The position numbers and the translations under genes are program-made. Shown here piece after piece: positions 60,701-64,000 of a stretch of DNA of 64,000 bases. This stretch comes from Phoronis australis (taxonomy: Eukaryota > Animalia > Phoronida), in contig NMRA01000662.1 of assembly GCA_002633005.1 (NCBI GenBank), positions 138,930-202,929 on the forward strand. Direction: 5' to 3'. Positions within the stretch are counted from its first letter, which is position 1, and each line of letters starts with the position of its first letter. The notes beneath the pieces were generated by a model, which saw only the letters and a program-made list of their open reading frames with translations, had not been told where the DNA came from and ran no database searches.

Positions 60701-63414
60701 AACACCAAACAATGGAGACCACTTTGTGTTAGTACAGTGCAAAACAAAATTATTCAGACAAAATACCACTTAATCTATCATGGATAATTTTGATAACAGA
60801 AATATTAATGGTAGTAACTCTTAGGGAAGCAATATTCTGTTAGAGAATGGCTTAGTCATCTTTCCTGTTAATTTCCTTTCATTCTTGATCATGCGATCAG
60901 ATTACTTTGATGATGAATACTGGCTTGTACTGTACTTCTAGTGAATGGGTAGGGAAATGACGTATTTCATGACATCCTAACAACTCTACTGCTTTCGATA
61001 TACAAATGTCATTATCTACCTCGACCTGCTTACTGAGCCGAGTCCTAAACATTAACACAACATCATTAACATAACATCATTAACATAATATTGGATGATC
61101 AAAACCACCAAGTCACTTCTAATGTAATTGTTATGTACCATTTAAAACTAAGGCACAAGAAATCCATGCCTCCTGTCAAAAACAACTTGTTTTAAGCCAC
61201 TTACAGTTCAACTGATATCGTTTATTTCCATATTCTGATTGAAGCACTGTAGCATGTTATTGCTAAATATTTTGGATTGTCATGGCAGGACATTTTACGT
61301 GCTGAGAAAGGTCTATTTTGGATTTTCATGGCAGGACATTTTACATGCTGAGAAAGGTCTATTTTGGATTTTCACGGCAGGACATTTTACGTGCTGAGAA
61401 AGGTCTATTTTGGATTTTCATGGCAGGACATTTTACGTGCTGAGAAAGGTCTATTTTGAATTGTCATGGCGAGACATTTTAGGTGCTGAGAAAGGTCCAT
61501 TTTGGATTGTCATGGCGGGACATTTTATGTGCTGAGAAAGGTCTATTTTGGATTGTCATGGCAGGACATTTTACATGCTGAGAAAGGTCTATATTGAATA
61601 GTCATGGAGGGGCAATTCACGTGCTGAGAAAGGTCTATTTTGGATTGTCATGGCGGAACAGTTTATGTGCTGAGAAAAGTCTATTTTGGTTGTCATGGCA
61701 GGACATTTTACATGCTGAGAAAGGTCTATTTTGGATTGCCACGGCGGACATTTTACGTGCTGAGAAAGGTCTATTTTGGATTGTCATGGCGGGGCATTTT
61801 ACGTGCTGAGAAAGGTCTTAAGCAATAATGCACTGTCATTTGTTTCAAGTACAGCCATCGTTGCTCATACACATTCAGGCTTGATTCATAGTGTCAACAG
61901 GACTAAATCACAACTCACTTCTTTGATGGAAGGTAGTTTTGTATAAGCTTTAAATATTAAAATGAAACAAGACAGATGGACTTACAGCACTTCTCTTGGT
62001 CTACATGTTAGAACAACCAAATGTTACGACAAAATCTCACCAATTGCTGATGAGTGAAATTTTTTTTTTCAAATTTATTAAAGTAGCACCAAATAAATGA
62101 TTGATCAGTTTCAAAGATCTATGCCATAACCGGCATCAGACAATGACTCTGATAAACTGTGGGCATTCAAAACAATGTTAGAAACCTTTGAGAAATGAAA
62201 AACAAATTTAGCAATTCTTTTCGAGAGAAAGTGCTGAGATTTTAACATGTACTACAAAAATTAAAGTGGCTACAAACCACATACTAATGTCAAAAACATT
62301 TTCTTCATAGCAAATTTGTACTTGCCAAGTAACACCACCACACAAGTATTCTTTAACTAGATTAAAACTGGTTAGAATAACATGCCACGACTACCCTGAT
62401 GACCAGCGTACTGTTGAAGCTGGTGAAAACTAACCGGCTGTGACGTGTAAACCTAATCGACGTGATGTGAACGAGTAACAAACTCCAAGGTCTCATATCA
62501 CTAAATTATTTCACAAGGTTGGTAAAGAACACACATTAGATTAATTCTTATTAACACAACCAAGCAAAAACGCTGCACCTTGACAGTTTCGGCTACTCAC
62601 AGCAGCCATCTTCGGAAGTTATTGGACACTAGGTGGCGAGGTGATGACACTGTTCCAAATTTTAGACAATTTATACCCCCCATCGCCTCTGTTCATAACT
62701 GAGCCAATATGGCATAGTTACTGCTATGAAACCGTGTAAGACTATCAGGAACATTTTAATTCATCCCAAAGACAGAATAAGTGAGGATAAGAAATGTCTG
62801 TGTGTGACCCGAAACTGTCAAGGTACAGTGTTTTTGCTTGGTTGTGTTAATAAGAATTAATCTATGTCACAGCTCTCATGTTTAGAAATGAAAGATAAAA
62901 ACGAGACGAGACCAATTTTATGATGCTTAGTGGCCTAAGTCAAGACCTGTTTTTCGTGGGTCCAATGAATGTGTAAGGCACACTGACACAACTAATGAAT
63001 TAAACACACTATGCTTGTAACATACATAATAACTCATGTAAATTCATTTGACTTTGTTGTCTGGAGGATCAGTAACAAACATCATATTTCACGCCACGAG
63101 AAAACAAACGTTTTGAAGACCATTCTTCAGACAAGCACATATTACAAAACTTAATACGTAATTTGTTGGTCAGTAAAAATCGAAGTTTCATAAAAAAGCC
63201 CATGACAGCTCAATACTTATCGTGATTTTTAAAAGTGGCATCTTTTGCAGACGTCACAAGTCAGATGAAGCTAAAAACAAACCATTTTATCTGCCACAAC
63301 AGATTGAGTATCTGGGTCAAATATTCCATCTCCTCCAGAAGCACAGTCACGAATATGGCGCAGTTTATCCAAGATGTCTACCCAGCTTTTCAGCAGCTGA
63401 CGGGCGTCACATAC
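51691..63414 (-). CDS. PDCD7: Programmed cell death protein 7 / U11 snRNP 59 kDa protein, 5'-partial; complement(join(63283..63414,60576..60665,58140..58271,56426..56564,55391..55503,52861..52984,52600..52687,51691..51784))
   Basis: Eight exons join in frame via GT-AG (912 nt, 303 aa + stop). The translation contains EADRILSQVRKK...LDSLRKLRRLRK, YEDEECTLKVMLE, PFDQYYKQA...LVNIRRQWDMYLVP...IPQSWVLP, matching recalled PDCD7 motifs (AADGVLSEVRKK, EERALRVMLE, PFRQYYLQA, WDQYLVP, GWVLP). Confidence 0.88.
52327..52561. repeat. 27 bp minisatellite in the last PDCD7 intron
   Basis: GAAATAACGTCCAACACAGGACTGAAG, ~8.5 copies. Confidence 0.93.
52600..52687 (-). CDS. PDCD7: PDCD7 penultimate exon (NIKPSDPMYPFDQYYKQANQDLRSLVNIR)
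   Basis: Acceptor ttttacag|, donor AG|gtgaga. Confidence 0.9.
52861..52984 (-). CDS. PDCD7: PDCD7 internal exon (VMLETELEE...WAMFGPR)
   Basis: Acceptor tattaaag|GTG, which is the last unit of a tandem array on this strand; donor G|gtgagt. Confidence 0.85.
52977..53327. repeat. 29 bp minisatellite, 12 copies, made of the PDCD7 3' splice site
   Basis: Unit AACATCACCTTTAATGAAGGTAAGGTCAT; the first unit overlaps the exon start at 52984. Confidence 0.95.
53645..53733. repeat. ~23 bp minisatellite, ~4 copies
   Basis: AGTACAACATAACTCCCTTTAAC units. Confidence 0.8.
54081..55361 (+). mobile_element. Same element family, copy 2 (in a PDCD7 intron), apparently with an intact 3' end
   Basis: Same ACAAGAGCAA start and subunits. 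Ends with GGACGCCAGACA x2 and CGTGTGCAC (inverted relative to the family's 5' GCACACG) followed by AAAAA. Confidence 0.7.
55391..55503 (-). CDS. PDCD7: PDCD7 internal exon (SLYPPVESDKLF...YEDEECTLK)
   Basis: Acceptor gttgcag|, phase 1 in and phase 0 out, weak donor AAA|gtataa. Confidence 0.85.
55693..55775 (+). pseudogene. tRNA-like element (pseudo-tRNA or SINE head), antisense in a PDCD7 intron
   Basis: A box TAGCTCAGTGATGAGAGC, anticodon arm CTAGA-CCGGCAA-TCCAG, B box GGTTCGATTCCC and a T5 terminator. C at position 33 and mismatched stems argue against a functional tRNA. Confidence 0.6.
56426..56564 (-). CDS. PDCD7: PDCD7 internal exon (AKDIKDEADRILSQVRKK...RAAQH)
   Basis: Acceptor ttccag|, donor A|gtaagt; strongest PDCD7 motif; within ORF 56346..56657. 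Confidence 0.9.
56764..56895. repeat. ~54 bp tandem repeat, ~2.5 copies
   Basis: AACCACT...CACATCATACAAAACT...TGCA units. Confidence 0.7.
56975..57090 (+). mobile_element. Degenerate tRNA-SINE fragment
   Basis: Degenerate B box GGTTTGAGTCCC followed by a CCCTTGAG-type SINE body motif. Confidence 0.35.
58140..58271 (-). CDS. PDCD7: PDCD7 internal exon (ERRKRQRKERY...HQQIDENR...EIKH)
   Basis: Acceptor ggtctag|, 44 codons, donor |gtgagt. Confidence 0.85.
58694..59810 (+). mobile_element. Same element family, copy 3 (in a PDCD7 intron)
   Basis: Same start and subunits; includes an internal 37 bp triplication at ~59302-59414. Confidence 0.7.
60576..60665 (-). CDS. PDCD7: PDCD7 internal exon (SDLVKVTRQF...QRKRR)
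   Basis: Acceptor caaatag|, 30 codons, donor |gtaagt. Leads into the basic coiled-coil stretch. Confidence 0.72.
61268..61817. repeat. 46 bp minisatellite, 12 copies (PDCD7 intron)
   Basis: TATTTTGGATTGTCATGGCAGGACATTTTACGTGCTGAGAAAGGTC. Confidence 0.95.
62537..62864. mobile_element. Inverted-repeat element (~55-60 bp arms) in a PDCD7 intron, MITE or Penelope-like LTR fragment
   Basis: TAGATTAATTCTTATTAACACAACCAAGCAAAAAC...CCTTGACAGTTTCGG is mirrored by CCGAAACTGTCAAGG...GTTGTGTTAATAAGAATTAATCTA. Confidence 0.8.
63283..63414 (-). CDS. PDCD7: PDCD7 internal exon (VCDARQLLKSWVDILDKLRH...VADKM)
   Basis: Acceptor gttgtgcag|, 44 open codons, donor |gtttgt. Phase 0 is compatible with the next exon; homology is weak in this region. 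Confidence 0.6.
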
Positions 63415-63724
63415 CTGCACAACGATAAATCAGCGGTATATCTCTACTCTATATCCCAACTCTACTGCTGCAAGGCACATTTGGATTACACTCCCTTATC
63501 AGGACATTCATTTTTGCAGTTTCTGCTACACAATAACTGATGCTGTGCTTTTGAGTCATGTGGCAAAACTAAGCTTAAGAAGATGCATATGGAGTTCACT
63601 GGTGGCAAGTATGAGATACTGTCAAAAAAAATAAAGAAATCAAAGCAATCAGTTTTATTTCTAGGTTACATTTTTGTACTTTCCATTCCAGTGCAGCCTG
63701 ATATGCCACATATTTCCAATACTT

Positions 63725-64000
63725 AGTGCATCATTCTGCACAATGCACAGTGCATCATTCTGCACAATACACAGTGTATCATTCTGCACAATACACAGTG
63801 TATCATTCTGCACAATACACTGCATCATTCTGCACAATTCACAGTGCATCATTCTGCACAATACACAGTGCAACATTCTGCACAATACACAATGCATCAT
63901 TCTGTACAATACACAGTGCAACATTCTGCACAATACACAATGCATCATTCTGCACAATACACAGTGCAACATTCTGCACAATACACAATGCATCATTCTG
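63725..64000. repeat. 24 bp minisatellite running off the window end
   Basis: CACAGTGCATCATTCTGCACAATA units. Confidence 0.95.

Noticed and set aside
63661-63996. HCVLCRM repeat ORF
   Set aside because: Translation of a 24 bp intronic minisatellite.

Overview
This is an AT-rich, intron-containing animal (bilaterian invertebrate-like) genomic window with two N gaps and two single-N contig joins; nothing prokaryotic is visible. Two spliced genes can be reconstructed by hand. The first is a complete 4-exon clan-7 cytochrome P450 (CYP7A1-like, about 490 aa, + strand, 20456-24339) with a CRE/TATA/Inr promoter and a shortened heme-binding loop. The second is the last 8 coding exons (303 aa) of PDCD7 / U11 snRNP 59K on the - strand (63414-51691), with its 5' end outside the window. 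The rest is a ~20 kb gene-free stretch upstream of the P450, decayed DNA transposons (hAT/KIAA1586-like and Academ-type XPG nuclease), MITEs, tRNA-derived SINE heads, many minisatellites and a probably artefactual 1.47 kb duplication. The most striking oddities are: (i) a 12x tandem array of the PDCD7 3' splice site in which upstream copies lead to an immediate stop; (ii) a PDCD7 stop codon that interrupts an apparently conserved C-terminal motif; (iii) three copies of a tandem-repeat transposon carrying co-oriented CTCF-like motifs every ~145 bp; (iv) degenerate hammerhead-like cores in an intronic inverted repeat. All homology statements come from recalled motifs, not database searches.
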